A stretch of 64,000 bases of DNA from Armatimonadota bacterium (GCA_963677485.1 OY781964.1:608001-672000); one strand, 5' to 3'; shown: positions 29,428-39,142, counted from the stretch's first letter. The notes: a model not told the origin generated them from the sequence alone. Program-made: numbers and translations.

Positions 29428-29926
29428 CGAACCGAAGGGGTTTAACCCATCAGATCACCTGATCAAGGTGCAAGGGAACCGGACGTATCTGCCGGTGAGT
29501 GCAGCCATCGCCTGGTTTAGGACCGAACACCCAGACTGGGGCATCATCTGCGAAGTCACGGTCGACGGCGATAGCTGCTTGGCCGCCGCTACTGTGATGA
29601 GCGAGACCGGCACGGTGGTGGCCACAGCACACAAGCAGGAGACCCGCCAGAGCTTCCCCGACTACGTCGAAAAAGCCGAAAGTGGGGCTGTGGGTAGAGC
29701 CTTGCGCTTTGCCGGGTATGGGACCGCCGACGTGGATGTTGACAACCAACTGCTAGATAGTGCTAGAATATCTACAGATACAAGCACTATTACGACAAAT
29801 CGACCAATACCGACCGCCGAGACATGCGTCGTATGTGGCGTAGCACTGACATCCGGCCAGGCTGCGCTATCTGGCAAGCGATACGGGAAGGTGTTATGCT
29901 CCGAGCATCAAAAAGCGGCCAAGTAA
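29420..29926 (+). CDS. Putative ssDNA-annealing protein (Sak/Rad52-like) with C-terminal Zn finger
   Basis: YLPVSAAIAWFRTEHP, EKAESGAVGRAL, CxxC...CxxH. Confidence 0.55.
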   Translation: MSNEPKGFNPSDHLIKVQGNRTYLPVSAAIAWFRTEHPDWGIICEVTVDGDSCLAAATVMSETGTVVATAHKQETRQSFPDYVEKAESGAVGRALRFAGYGTADVDVDNQLLDSARISTDTSTITTNRPIPTAETCVVCGVALTSGQAALSGKRYGKVLCSEHQKAAK

Positions 29927-30198
29927 GCGAGAAGGAGTTCCAGGACACAGTGACCGACGCCCTAAGCCTGTTTGGATGGCTGTGGTATCACACCCACGAC
30001 AGCCGACGTAGCAACAAGGGGTTCCCTGATGTGGTGGCGGTCCGTGGCCAGCGTGTGTTGTTTATCGAACTCAAGAGAGAAGACGGTCGGGTGACCGTTG
30101 AGCAAAAAGACTGGCTGTTGAAGCTTCGAGATGCGGGGCGTGAGGCGTTTGTGCTGCGCCCCTCTCAGATGGACGCTTTCCTGGAGGGTATTCGTTAG
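29896..30198 (+). CDS. VRR-NUC domain nuclease
   Basis: SEKEFQ, GFPDVV, LFIELKREDGRVTVEQKDW. Confidence 0.85.
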   Translation: MLRASKSGQVSEKEFQDTVTDALSLFGWLWYHTHDSRRSNKGFPDVVAVRGQRVLFIELKREDGRVTVEQKDWLLKLRDAGREAFVLRPSQMDAFLEGIR

Positions 30199-30282
30199 TT
30201 GACCGCCGACTGGATAAACGTGTATATATTTCTACATAATGATGTGTGGTTACCGATAATCACATTTCTGGAAGTGTTATGT

Positions 30283-31122
30283 ATGCACAAGCTTACCGCG
30301 TTCAGCTACTTTGGTGGCAAGAACAGCCAGTTGGGCTTCATACTGCCCAATCTACCCGCCTCTGAATTCTATATCGAGCCGTTCGGTGGATCGGCTGCCG
30401 TGCTCCTTAACCGGGAGCCTGCCAAGAACGAAGTCTACAACGACTTGTATCTCAACTGCGTGAACTTCTTCAGGGTGCTGAGAGACCACCCGGACGAGCT
30501 CATTACCCGATTGAAACTCACCCCAAACAGCAAGCATGAATATGCGATGGCGATCGACATGAACAAGGGACTGAGCCAGGTCGACGATATGATCGAGCGG
30601 GCCAGGATGTGGTTCATGCTTCCGGTGCTTGGCTTCTACGGCCGTCATAAGGAGGCGTCCAACTGGGGCCGTGCTTACTCGTCTGCGAACGGCATGAATG
30701 GCATGTGTTCGAAGTGGATCACAGCAGTGGACCGCCTATACCCGGTGGCAGAGCGCCTGCGCCGGGTCGTGATCGAGTGCGCGGATGCACGTGAAGTGAT
30801 CGAGCGGTGGGACCGTCCGGAGGCGTTGTTCTACCTCGACCCGCCCTATGTGCTGGCGTCAAGATCGAGCAAAACGGCGCAGTATCAGAACGAGATGAAT
30901 GACCGTCAGCATACCGAGCTGCTTGAACTCTGCCAGAGGTGCAAAGGTCGGGTGGCGATCAGCGGATACGATAGCGAGCTGTATACGATGGCACTGTCTG
31001 GCTGGCGGGTGGTGAAAGCACCGCCCAAGGTGAAGCCGTCTAGCTGCGGGCGTAACGGCACTGGTGATACGGCTGTAGAGGTGCTGTGGATGAACTATGA
31101 TGCGGAGGGATGCCGTTTGTGA
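30283..31122 (+). CDS. DNA adenine methyltransferase (D12/Dam class)
   Basis: YFGGK, YIEPFGGSAAV, EVYND, FYLDPPY, EVLWMNY. Confidence 0.92.
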   Translation: MHKLTAFSYFGGKNSQLGFILPNLPASEFYIEPFGGSAAVLLNREPAKNEVYNDLYLNCVNFFRVLRDHPDELITRLKLTPNSKHEYAMAIDMNKGLSQVDDMIERARMWFMLPVLGFYGRHKEASNWGRAYSSANGMNGMCSKWITAVDRLYPVAERLRRVVIECADAREVIERWDRPEALFYLDPPYVLASRSSKTAQYQNEMNDRQHTELLELCQRCKGRVAISGYDSELYTMALSGWRVVKAPPKVKPSSCGRNGTGDTAVEVLWMNYDAEGCRL

Positions 31123-31475
31123 CTAAGAACCCGTGGCGTGACCTGGTAGTGCTTACCGATGTGGAGGTGCTCGCGGAACGGCTGACCACACCCAGCTATT
31201 GGCCGCCAGGCTCTGCTTGCTCTGAGTTAGTCAAGGAGGAGGTGACCGTTGCGCTCAGGGCTGAGGTGATCTCCCCCACCGAATGCATTGTGCTGGTGGC
31301 CAGGTTGTATGACGTGTCGGCTGCTGAGATAGCAGACTTCCTGCATATCTGCACCAGGGCGGTCAACCTGGCCTTTGAACGTGCATGTGGCAAGCTTAAC
31401 GCCTGGTCTGGCTGTGGGGTCACCACCGTGCTTGTAGAGGCCTTCGGACGCTGTGCACTGGACGTGATCGAATGA
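31119..31475 (+). CDS. Sigma-70 region-4-like HTH protein, possible late-gene activator
   Basis: SAAEIADFLHICTRAVNLAFERACGKL; lies just before the packaging genes. Confidence 0.55.
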   Translation: MTKNPWRDLVVLTDVEVLAERLTTPSYWPPGSACSELVKEEVTVALRAEVISPTECIVLVARLYDVSAAEIADFLHICTRAVNLAFERACGKLNAWSGCGVTTVLVEAFGRCALDVIE

Positions 31476-31819
31476 GCCAAGCACCTCTTAAGCCATGCGC
31501 TTTCATTGGATGCCGTGAGTTGGTCCGCGGCACCAGATACTGCGAGCATCACACCAAGCGAGCCTGGGATGACGACACGAGGTCGAGTGCTCATGATCGT
31601 GGCTACGATGCGAAGTGGAAGCGGACGCGTGCGTCCTATGTGAAGAAGCATCCACTCTGTGAGCTTTGCCAGGCGCGTGGTGTTGTTAGTCCGATGGAGA
31701 TCGTGCATCACATCGTGCCTTTGAGTGTTGGTGGTGACCAATACAAGCACAGCAACCTTCAAAGCTTGTGCCGCGTCTGCCATGGCCGTGTCCACGGGGG
31801 AGGGGGGTCAAAATGTTGA
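31472..31819 (+). CDS. HNH endonuclease (HK97 gp74-like)
   Basis: RGYDAKW, HPLCELC, VHHIVP, NLQSLCRVCH. Confidence 0.92.
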   Translation: MSQAPLKPCAFIGCRELVRGTRYCEHHTKRAWDDDTRSSAHDRGYDAKWKRTRASYVKKHPLCELCQARGVVSPMEIVHHIVPLSVGGDQYKHSNLQSLCRVCHGRVHGGGGSKC

Positions 31820-32079
31820 AATATCATCGACCAATCTACCGGGCGTGTAGTCGCGTGCGGGAGAGACCGAATTCCAGTTTTTTGGCGATGGGGTTTTTAG
31901 GGGCAAAAACAGGCGGTTTTGTGCTTAAAGATTGCAACTGTGGCGTTGTTTTGTCGTAAATCGATAATGGCTTTTGTGGGTGTGTTTCGACTGGTCACAC
32001 ACCCATAGAGACATGGCATAGAGACTCGGTATAGATACAGCGACGGTAGCGGTATAGACGGAAGTAAAGGGGTGGTGAG

Positions 32080-32529
32080 ATGAGTTCGAATAGGGGCAGA
32101 AAGCCAGCGGCTAGTGTTGAACTAAGCAGCAACGAGAGCCAACAGAAGCCCGCGGAGAACGCAGCAGGTGGCTCCCCTATCAGCCAGCGTTTACCACCCC
32201 CTTCCCATTTAGGGAAGTATGCCAAACAAGAGTGGAGACGCGTTCTGCCAAAACTGGCTGGTGTGGCCACTAATCTTGACTACGCTGCACTCGTTACCTA
32301 CTGCTCTGCTTATGACACGATGATCGAAGCAGACATCACTTTGCAGAGGGATGGGATCATTATAAAAACTCTGAATGGTATTGTAGCTCATCCGGCAACA
32401 CGCATCAAGGCTTCAGCCGCAGACCAAGTTCGGAGGTATCAGACAGAGTTCGGGCTCACACCGCTCGCGCGTTTGCGTGTGCAGCCCGCCCCACCAGAAG
32501 AAGATGACGACCTGGCGAAGATGTGTTGA
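32080..32529 (+). CDS. terS: Terminase small subunit, P27 family
   Basis: GRKP, PPPSHL...AKQEWRR, YCSAY, HPA, EFGLTPLAR. Confidence 0.88.
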   Translation: MSSNRGRKPAASVELSSNESQQKPAENAAGGSPISQRLPPPSHLGKYAKQEWRRVLPKLAGVATNLDYAALVTYCSAYDTMIEADITLQRDGIIIKTLNGIVAHPATRIKASAADQVRRYQTEFGLTPLARLRVQPAPPEEDDDLAKMC

Positions 32530-34271
32530 GGCCGTATCTAGAACTCAAGGAAACCAGCCGGTGGAAGTTCGACGAAGCGAAGGCCGACCGGATCTGCCGA
32601 TGGATGGAAGGGCTTCGGCTGTGGGAGGGCGAATGGGCAGGTCGAAAGCTGAAGTTGATGGACTGGCAACGGCGGACGGTACGGGACATCTTCGGCTGGG
32701 TAGACCGAAATACAGGGATGCGCCGATTCTGGTACGTGATCGTCGTTGTGCCACGCAAGAACGGCAAGACCACATTCAACGCCCCTATCGCCAGCTACAT
32801 GCTGATGGCAGATGATGAGCCTGGCGCGCAGGTGTTTTCGGCGGCTGGCGACAAGGAACAAGCGAGTATCGTGTTCAAGTCAACGGTGAATATGCTTGAA
32901 GCACAACCATCATTATGGAAAATGATCCGGCCAATTGAGAGTGACCGCACGTTGATCTACCCCAAGAAACACAGCAGCTTCATGGCATTGTCAAAGATTG
33001 CGGAGGCTAAGCTGGGTAAAAACCCGCACTTCGTGGTTTATGATGAACTGCTTGTTGCCAAGAACCGCGAGCTGTATACCGCACTGGAAACAGGCATGGC
33101 CGCCAGGCGTCAGCCCATGATGATGATGCTCACGACAGCAGGGTATGATCGGGCCACGCTGTGCTGGGAGCAGTATGACTATGGAAGGAAGGTACTGACT
33201 GGGGCGATCACGAACGAACGGTGGTATCCCGTGATCTACGAAGCGGAGGAGGATGCAGACTGGACATCTGAAGAGGTTTGGGCGGCGGCCAACCCGAGTT
33301 GGGGGGTGACGATTAACCGCGACTACATGGAACAGGCGTGTCAGAAGGCCATCGATACCCCCAGTAACCAGGCTGATTTCAAGAGATACCACCTCAATAT
33401 CTGGACGAACCAGGTGAACAGATGGCTGGACATGAGCCGTTGGAAGGCGTGCTGCAAAGAACCAATTGAGCCGCTTGATGGCCGGGTATGCTACGGCGGG
33501 CTCGACCTTTCGAGCACGATGGACTTGAGTTCGCTGTGCCTGGTATTTCCGAATACCGATGGTTCGTACGACGTGATCTGGCGGACCTGGACCCCGGAGG
33601 CCACGATGGTCGAACGCTCGCGGAGGGATGATGTGGACTATGCCGAGTGGGCGCGTGCGGGATGGCTTATTCCTACACCGGGCGAGCGTATAGACTACCG
33701 TTATATCCGTGAGGAGATCAAGGATATCGCTGCAAGATACAAGCTTGCGGAACTGGCATATGACCCGTGGGGAGCGCTGCATCTGGCGACGGAGCTTGAG
33801 GAGGAGGACAAGATCACGATGGTTCAGTGCAGGCAGGGATACATCACACTGTCGGCACCATCCAAGGAACTGGAAGCGGCGGTGGTTCTTGGGGCGGCCA
33901 CACCGGAGCAGGTTGAGGAATACCGCATGAAGTTCGAGGAAGATCAGGATCGCCGGGTGCTGGAAGCCCAGTTAGCTCTTGAGCAGATGAAGGAAGACGG
34001 GGTCAATACTAGTGCGATCAAGCCGTATGTGCGGCAGGAATGGAAATACAATGCGCTGCGTCACAACGGCGATCCTGTGGCGGGCTGGTGTGCAAACAAT
34101 GTGGCTGTCATCAAGGATGACGCGGACAACATCAAGCCGACGAAGTCGAAGTCGAACGGCAGGATAGACTGCATCGCCGCGTTGGTGACGGCACTCAGCA
34201 GGGCGATGCTTGGCGGAGGGCAACCGAGACGCAGCGTGTATGAAGACCGCGCGCCGTATGTTCCGGATTGA
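32523..34271 (+). CDS. terL: Terminase large subunit
   Basis: VPRKNGKT, YDELL, TTAG, ANPSWG, YGGLDLSST, YDPW, RIDCIAAL. Confidence 0.95.
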   Translation: MLRPYLELKETSRWKFDEAKADRICRWMEGLRLWEGEWAGRKLKLMDWQRRTVRDIFGWVDRNTGMRRFWYVIVVVPRKNGKTTFNAPIASYMLMADDEPGAQVFSAAGDKEQASIVFKSTVNMLEAQPSLWKMIRPIESDRTLIYPKKHSSFMALSKIAEAKLGKNPHFVVYDELLVAKNRELYTALETGMAARRQPMMMMLTTAGYDRATLCWEQYDYGRKVLTGAITNERWYPVIYEAEEDADWTSEEVWAAANPSWGVTINRDYMEQACQKAIDTPSNQADFKRYHLNIWTNQVNRWLDMSRWKACCKEPIEPLDGRVCYGGLDLSSTMDLSSLCLVFPNTDGSYDVIWRTWTPEATMVERSRRDDVDYAEWARAGWLIPTPGERIDYRYIREEIKDIAARYKLAELAYDPWGALHLATELEEEDKITMVQCRQGYITLSAPSKELEAAVVLGAATPEQVEEYRMKFEEDQDRRVLEAQLALEQMKEDGVNTSAIKPYVRQEWKYNALRHNGDPVAGWCANNVAVIKDDADNIKPTKSKSNGRIDCIAALVTALSRAMLGGGQPRRSVYEDRAPYVPD

Positions 34272-34307
34272 TCCGATTTGTTAGGAGTAGGTAGTAATAT
34301 TCCCGCA

Positions 34308-34336
34308 TTGACAGATATAGATATTGGAGGTAGATT
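34308..34336 (+). promoter_or_regulatory. Sigma-70 promoter of cargo gene
   Basis: TTGACA-17 bp-TAGATT. Confidence 0.7.
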
Positions 34337-34375
34337 ACTGATGTCACCACTATGATGCTCATGGAGGGCATACTA

Positions 34376-35314
34376 ATGCGGAATAAATTGTGTACCGTTG
34401 TATATGGGCTCTTGTTATGCAGTAGCTTAGCAATCGCAGACGATGTGTCGAAAACAACCATCGTTACCAAGGTGAACGCCAAGGATGGCGCTGAGATGGT
34501 ACTCATTCCAGCTGGTGAATTCCAGATGGGGATGTCCGAGGATGAAGTTGCAGCGTGGTTAAGAGACAATCCAGATTCAAACATCAAACGTACCGCGTTT
34601 GCACCTCAGATGCCAAAGCATAAAGTCAATGTAGATAGTTTTTATATGTATAGAACTGAGGTTACTGTCGCGCAGTATCGGAAGTTTTGTGAAGCCACGA
34701 ATCGGGCTATGCCGAAAGATCCGGATGATTGGAAATGGAAAGATGCCGGTCTGAATGTTCCTATCTCCAATGTTCGATGGGATGACGCGAAAGCCTATGC
34801 GGACTGGGCTGGTGTCATGCTTCCTACAGAGGCGCAATGGGAAAGAGCTGCACGTGGCGGGGATGATCGGCAATATTCATGGGGAAATACATGGCCACCA
34901 CCAGCCAAAGCGGGTAATCTGAGAGACCTTTCTCTACGCCACGTGATACCGAATTTAGAAGGTATTGTCACGGAAAAATATGATGATCGTTATGCGTATT
35001 TAGCACCTGTAGGGTCATTCAACGCGAACCCGTATGGCTTGTATGATATGACAGGCAATGTGTTGGAGTGGTGTGCAGACTGGTATAGTCCGAACTACTA
35101 CAGTAAGTCACCGACACGAAACCCGACTGGTCCCTCAAAACCCGATGACGATCGTAACTGCGTAATACGTGGAGGTAGCTATTACACAGTCCAATTCGGT
35201 ATCCGTGTATATGACAGAGACTTTGTTCCCAAAGATGGTGTAGGGTGGTCTCCAGCAGCACACGAAGATTTAGGATTCCGATGTGTGATGCCGGTGCCCC
35301 CCAAAAAGCTGTAA
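34376..35314 (+). CDS. Secreted FGE-sulfatase/SUMF1 (CLec-fold) domain protein
   Basis: Signal peptide; MVLIPAGEFQMG, TEVTVAQY, LPTEAQWERAARGG, GLYDMTGNVLEW, RGGS, LGFRC. Confidence 0.92.
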   Translation: MRNKLCTVVYGLLLCSSLAIADDVSKTTIVTKVNAKDGAEMVLIPAGEFQMGMSEDEVAAWLRDNPDSNIKRTAFAPQMPKHKVNVDSFYMYRTEVTVAQYRKFCEATNRAMPKDPDDWKWKDAGLNVPISNVRWDDAKAYADWAGVMLPTEAQWERAARGGDDRQYSWGNTWPPPAKAGNLRDLSLRHVIPNLEGIVTEKYDDRYAYLAPVGSFNANPYGLYDMTGNVLEWCADWYSPNYYSKSPTRNPTGPSKPDDDRNCVIRGGSYYTVQFGIRVYDRDFVPKDGVGWSPAAHEDLGFRCVMPVPPKKL

Positions 35315-35358
35315 CAGCCCTCGTACTCCGACTGACATCCTCGGTCCACTGGAACTGA

Positions 35359-35389
35359 ACACAGCCTACTCCCTGCGGGTAGGCTGTTC
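35359..35389 (+). terminator. Probable terminator of cargo gene
   Basis: ACAGCCTAC-tccctgcgg-GTAGGCTGTT. Confidence 0.55.
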
Positions 35390-35449
35390 ATCATTGGCTA
35401 GCGTTGAATTTACCAGGCTCATTCAAGTTACCAATCGAACCTTACGTCC

Positions 35450-35605
35450 GACCAGAACGACAACATCATGTATACGAAGGGCAAGAGCAACGGTCGCATC
35501 GACCTGATTTCGTCGCTTGTGATGGCGTTATGGCGGGCGATTGCGCACCGCGAGCCGAAGAAGCGCAGCGTGTATGAGACGCGTGCGCCGTATGTGCCGG
35601 ATTGA
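35450..35605 (+). pseudogene. Orphan diverged copy of terL 3' end
   Basis: Translates DQNDNIMYTKGKSNGRIDLISSLVMALWRAIAHREPKKRSVYETRAPYVPD* versus TerL DDADNIKPTKSKSNGRIDCIAALVTALSRAMLGGGQPRRSVYEDRAPYVPD*. Confidence 0.88.
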
Positions 35606-35608
35606 GGT

Positions 35609-35833
35609 CTACGGGTCGTAGCCCTTATTTATATGTTTCATGATGAAGGTGTAGAGGCCCTTTCCGGATACCGCAAGAGCTTTCATGAATGCAACATTAC
35701 TCTGCCCTACTGACTCGTTCGTATATGTAAACCGGTGGCCATCGACAAACAAAACCTCGATACAGTCGGGGGTTATACCATACCACTCCACACGCGAAGT
35801 GCCCCGGCGGTTCGCGTATTTTTTCATATCCAT
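35609..35833 (-). CDS. Small KTSC-like protein
   Basis: Y.N..G.S.V..Y...IEVLFVDGHRFTY...MKALAVSGKGL pattern; RBS GGAG. Confidence 0.6.
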   Translation of the reverse strand: MDMKKYANRRGTSRVEWYGITPDCIEVLFVDGHRFTYTNESVGQSNVAFMKALAVSGKGLYTFIMKHINKGYDP

Positions 35834-36144
35834 ATCTATCTCCGAAAAAGGAATATACTCTACTTGACTTATGGTTAATTACCTATGGTTGGGAATCCTT
35901 CTTTTCGCTAGTAATCAAGCGATAGACTATGGTGTGTTGATATCTGTGAGAAAAGAAGGTATAAATAGGACAGTCTGATTACAATTGTATGTAATCGCTC
36001 TATTTGCGACAAGGAATTAGCGATGGTTTCCGAACATCATCTGTATCGGGAACCCGAAGTAGTGACATAGTAGCTGGTGATCGCCATAGGGACAATATAC
36101 CCTACCAATCGCTCGGTCTAAAAGCTGTTATCGCAAGAAACGAG

Positions 36145-39060
36145 ATGTTACTGATGAACGAAAACCCGAGTTCCGGTATACCCTCACAGCAAGCAGCCAC
36201 CTATCAATTAGGCGATCTAGTTCCTGCAGTTTTAAGCATGTTGAAGGAGTTGTTGAAAACATCAGAAATACAGCAACTCTTTGATGCTTTCTACAATCTA
36301 GTTGATATCCCTATTGCAGTCCTCGATATACATGGTGATGTTTTACTCTCATCAAAATGGAACCGCATCTGCACACAGTTCCACCGTACCCATCCTGTCA
36401 CTTGTGCGCATTGCGTAGAAAGTGACACAATGCTCGCTCAGCAGATTGATATTGGGCAGCCATACAAAATCTACCAATGTCTAAACGGTATGACAGAATG
36501 CTCGGCTCCAATCATTCTAGAAGGCCAGCACATCGCAAATCTGTTCGCAGGTCAGTTTTTGGTTAACAAACCAGACGAAATCATGTTCCACGATCAAGCC
36601 CTGCAGTATGGTTTTGATGTTGACGACTATCTCACCGCACTTCGCGAAGTACCGATAGTCGATGAAACCAGGATGCCAAAAATCATCGATTTATTAATCA
36701 AGATGACCCATGTGATTGCCCGTCTCAGTGTTGACCGTATACGTACCATGGAGGACCATAACAGGCAGGCACTTATTCTTGAAACTTTACCACTATCAGT
36801 ATTCTGGAAAGATGCTGATGGCACATATCTTGGTTGTAACACCCGATTTGCTACTGCTGTGGGTTTATCAACGCCCGATGAGATTGCGGGTAAGTCCGAT
36901 TATGATTTTGTTTCTGTATCGAGGGCTGATGGATTTCGGAAAGAAGACCAAGACATCATTGCTTCACATCAGCCAAAGCGTACGGTCCAGTCAGTCACGA
37001 AAAAAGATGGCTCACACATCACGGTCCAGATTGTTAAGACACCCATAGTCGGTGCTTTTGGATCATCAACGGGTGTGCTTGGGATATATGAGGACATCAC
37101 TAAACGTAAGGAAGCTGAAGACGCGTTACGTCAGAGTTATTCGCATTACCAGGCTGTGTTCAATAACGCGATTGAAGGTATATATGAAGCCACTATACAA
37201 GGCCAAGCATTGTCTGCAAACCCAGCGTTCGTACAGATGCTGGGGTATGATTCGGTAGAGGATGCACTCAGCAAGCTAGATGATGTTGCTTTGACGCTGT
37301 GGGCGGACCCTAACGAACGCGCGGTTGTGCTAAAACTGGTAGACATGAATGGATGGGTACGTGGATATGAATGTCAGTATCGGCGTAAGGACGGACGGCT
37401 GATATATATAGCACTCAATGCTACCGTCGTCAGAGTATCAGATGGTGAGGACTATTACCTTGCTTCTATCCAGGACATCACCGAAAGGAAGGAAGCTGAA
37501 GCCAAGTTGCGTCACAGCTATGTTCATTACCGGACGGTGTTCGAAAACGCGATTGAGGGTATCTATGAAGCTACATTACATGGTAAGGCATTATCAGCCA
37601 ACCCGGCATTTGTCGAAATGCTTGGGTATGATTCAGAAGAGGAAGTAGTCAGCATCCTTACAGACATCCCCCATCAGCTATGGGCCGATCCTGACGAACG
37701 CAGCAATGTTCTACACATGATCGATTTAAACGGATGTGTTAGGGGATACGAATGTGAATTCAAGCGTAGAGATGGAAGTATCATCCATGTGATGCTCAAT
37801 GCTACAGTCGTCCGAAGACCCGACCACAATGACTATTATTTAGCCTCTGTCCAAGATATCAGTGAAAAAAAACAAGCCGAGGTTAAGCGGCTTCAACTTG
37901 AAGACCAACTGCGATCGTCTCAGAAGTTGGAAGCCATTGGTAGACTCGCTGGAGGTGTCGCACATGACTTCAACAACCTTCTGTCAGTAATCTTAGGATA
38001 TACAGGCCTTACGATCGCCATGGTGGATGATGACGATCCGCTTAAAGAGAATATACAGGAAATCCAAAACGCCGCACAACACGCTGCGGCACTAACCCGT
38101 CAGCTTCTGGCCTTCGGCCGTAAACAGGTGCTGCAACCGGTGGTATTCGATCTGAATCAAATCATACATGGCATAAAGACTATATTCGATCGAACCATAG
38201 GTGAAACCATCGACCAGAAACTATTGTTATCGCCTCAAATCGGGTTGATCAAAGCTGACCCAAGCCAAATCGAGCAGGTGTTGATGAACTTGGTAGTCAA
38301 TGCTCGTGACGCCATGCCAGATGGTGGACAGATCACCATAGAGACATCGAAAATGGCGGTTACAGGTGACGAGATTGTGGTTGACACGGTACTCAGTCCT
38401 GGTATGTATGTAAAACTAGCCGTCAGTGACACGGGTATGGGCATGGACGCAAATACCAAAGCGAGGATATTCGATCCGTTTTATACAACCAAGGAATTTG
38501 GCAAGGGAACTGGCCTTGGCCTGTCCACAGTCTACGGTATCGTTAAACAAAGTGGAGGTGATATCTGGGTGGATTCCGAACCCGGGTATGGCTCCACTTT
38601 TAACGTCATCTTTCCATGTTTCAATGCAGTGAAGCCCGCAAGCATGAACCAGCCTCAGATATCTTTGATGGATACTACTGGGACTGAGACCATCATGGTG
38701 GTTGACAACGAAGAGTCACTACGTTTAGTCGCTACTAAAGTTTTGACTGATGCAGGATACACCGTGCTTTGTGCTGTAGGTGGTAACGAGGCGATAGATA
38801 TGGCAAGAAAGCATTCTGGCGATATCGATCTGCTTCTAGCCGATGTCATAATGCCTGGAATGGACGGCAGAGCCACCGCCAATGAGCTCATTCGAATTTG
38901 CCCATCAATAAAGGTGGTATTTATGTCAGGCCACACCCGCGATGAGATTGAACACCATGGTGTCATTTATGGAGATACGAACTATTTGGCCAAGCCTTTT
39001 TCAGCTGATGAACTGAAGGTCAAAATCCGTGAGATACTATCATTCCGACATCCTAGTTAA
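36145..39060 (+). CDS. Hybrid sensor histidine kinase PocR-PAS-PAS-PAS-HisKA-HATPase-REC
   Basis: PocR cysteine pattern (ICTQFHR...C..SD, YQCLNGM...APII...GQF), PAS/PAC repeats, GGVAHDFNNLL, NLVVNARDAM, DTGMGM, GTGLGL, DVIMPGMDG. Confidence 0.92.
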   Translation: MLLMNENPSSGIPSQQAATYQLGDLVPAVLSMLKELLKTSEIQQLFDAFYNLVDIPIAVLDIHGDVLLSSKWNRICTQFHRTHPVTCAHCVESDTMLAQQIDIGQPYKIYQCLNGMTECSAPIILEGQHIANLFAGQFLVNKPDEIMFHDQALQYGFDVDDYLTALREVPIVDETRMPKIIDLLIKMTHVIARLSVDRIRTMEDHNRQALILETLPLSVFWKDADGTYLGCNTRFATAVGLSTPDEIAGKSDYDFVSVSRADGFRKEDQDIIASHQPKRTVQSVTKKDGSHITVQIVKTPIVGAFGSSTGVLGIYEDITKRKEAEDALRQSYSHYQAVFNNAIEGIYEATIQGQALSANPAFVQMLGYDSVEDALSKLDDVALTLWADPNERAVVLKLVDMNGWVRGYECQYRRKDGRLIYIALNATVVRVSDGEDYYLASIQDITERKEAEAKLRHSYVHYRTVFENAIEGIYEATLHGKALSANPAFVEMLGYDSEEEVVSILTDIPHQLWADPDERSNVLHMIDLNGCVRGYECEFKRRDGSIIHVMLNATVVRRPDHNDYYLASVQDISEKKQAEVKRLQLEDQLRSSQKLEAIGRLAGGVAHDFNNLLSVILGYTGLTIAMVDDDDPLKENIQEIQNAAQHAAALTRQLLAFGRKQVLQPVVFDLNQIIHGIKTIFDRTIGETIDQKLLLSPQIGLIKADPSQIEQVLMNLVVNARDAMPDGGQITIETSKMAVTGDEIVVDTVLSPGMYVKLAVSDTGMGMDANTKARIFDPFYTTKEFGKGTGLGLSTVYGIVKQSGGDIWVDSEPGYGSTFNVIFPCFNAVKPASMNQPQISLMDTTGTETIMVVDNEESLRLVATKVLTDAGYTVLCAVGGNEAIDMARKHSGDIDLLLADVIMPGMDGRATANELIRICPSIKVVFMSGHTRDEIEHHGVIYGDTNYLAKPFSADELKVKIREILSFRHPS

Positions 39061-39095
39061 CGCATTCTGACCTATATAGCCATCCTCGTTTGACG

Positions 39096-39142
39096 AAATG
39101 GGAAGTGGGGGCTGTCAACTGACAGCTCCCACTTCCCATTTT
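39096..39142 (+). terminator. Strong hairpin terminator before portal
   Basis: AAATGGGAAGTGGGGGCTGTCA-ac-TGACAGCTCCCACTTCCCATTTT. Confidence 0.8.

Noticed and set aside
31790-31880. Exact cos site
   Set aside because: The position between HNH and terS and a G-rich run fit cos phages, but the cut sequence cannot be defined without virion-end data
33891-34052. Intein in terL
   Set aside because: Too short and lacks the C/S start and HN-C/S/T end motifs
34376-35605. Diversity-generating retroelement (FGE target plus nearby repeat)
   Set aside because: No reverse transcriptase in the window; the repeat matches terL rather than the FGE 3' end, and mismatches are not adenine-specific
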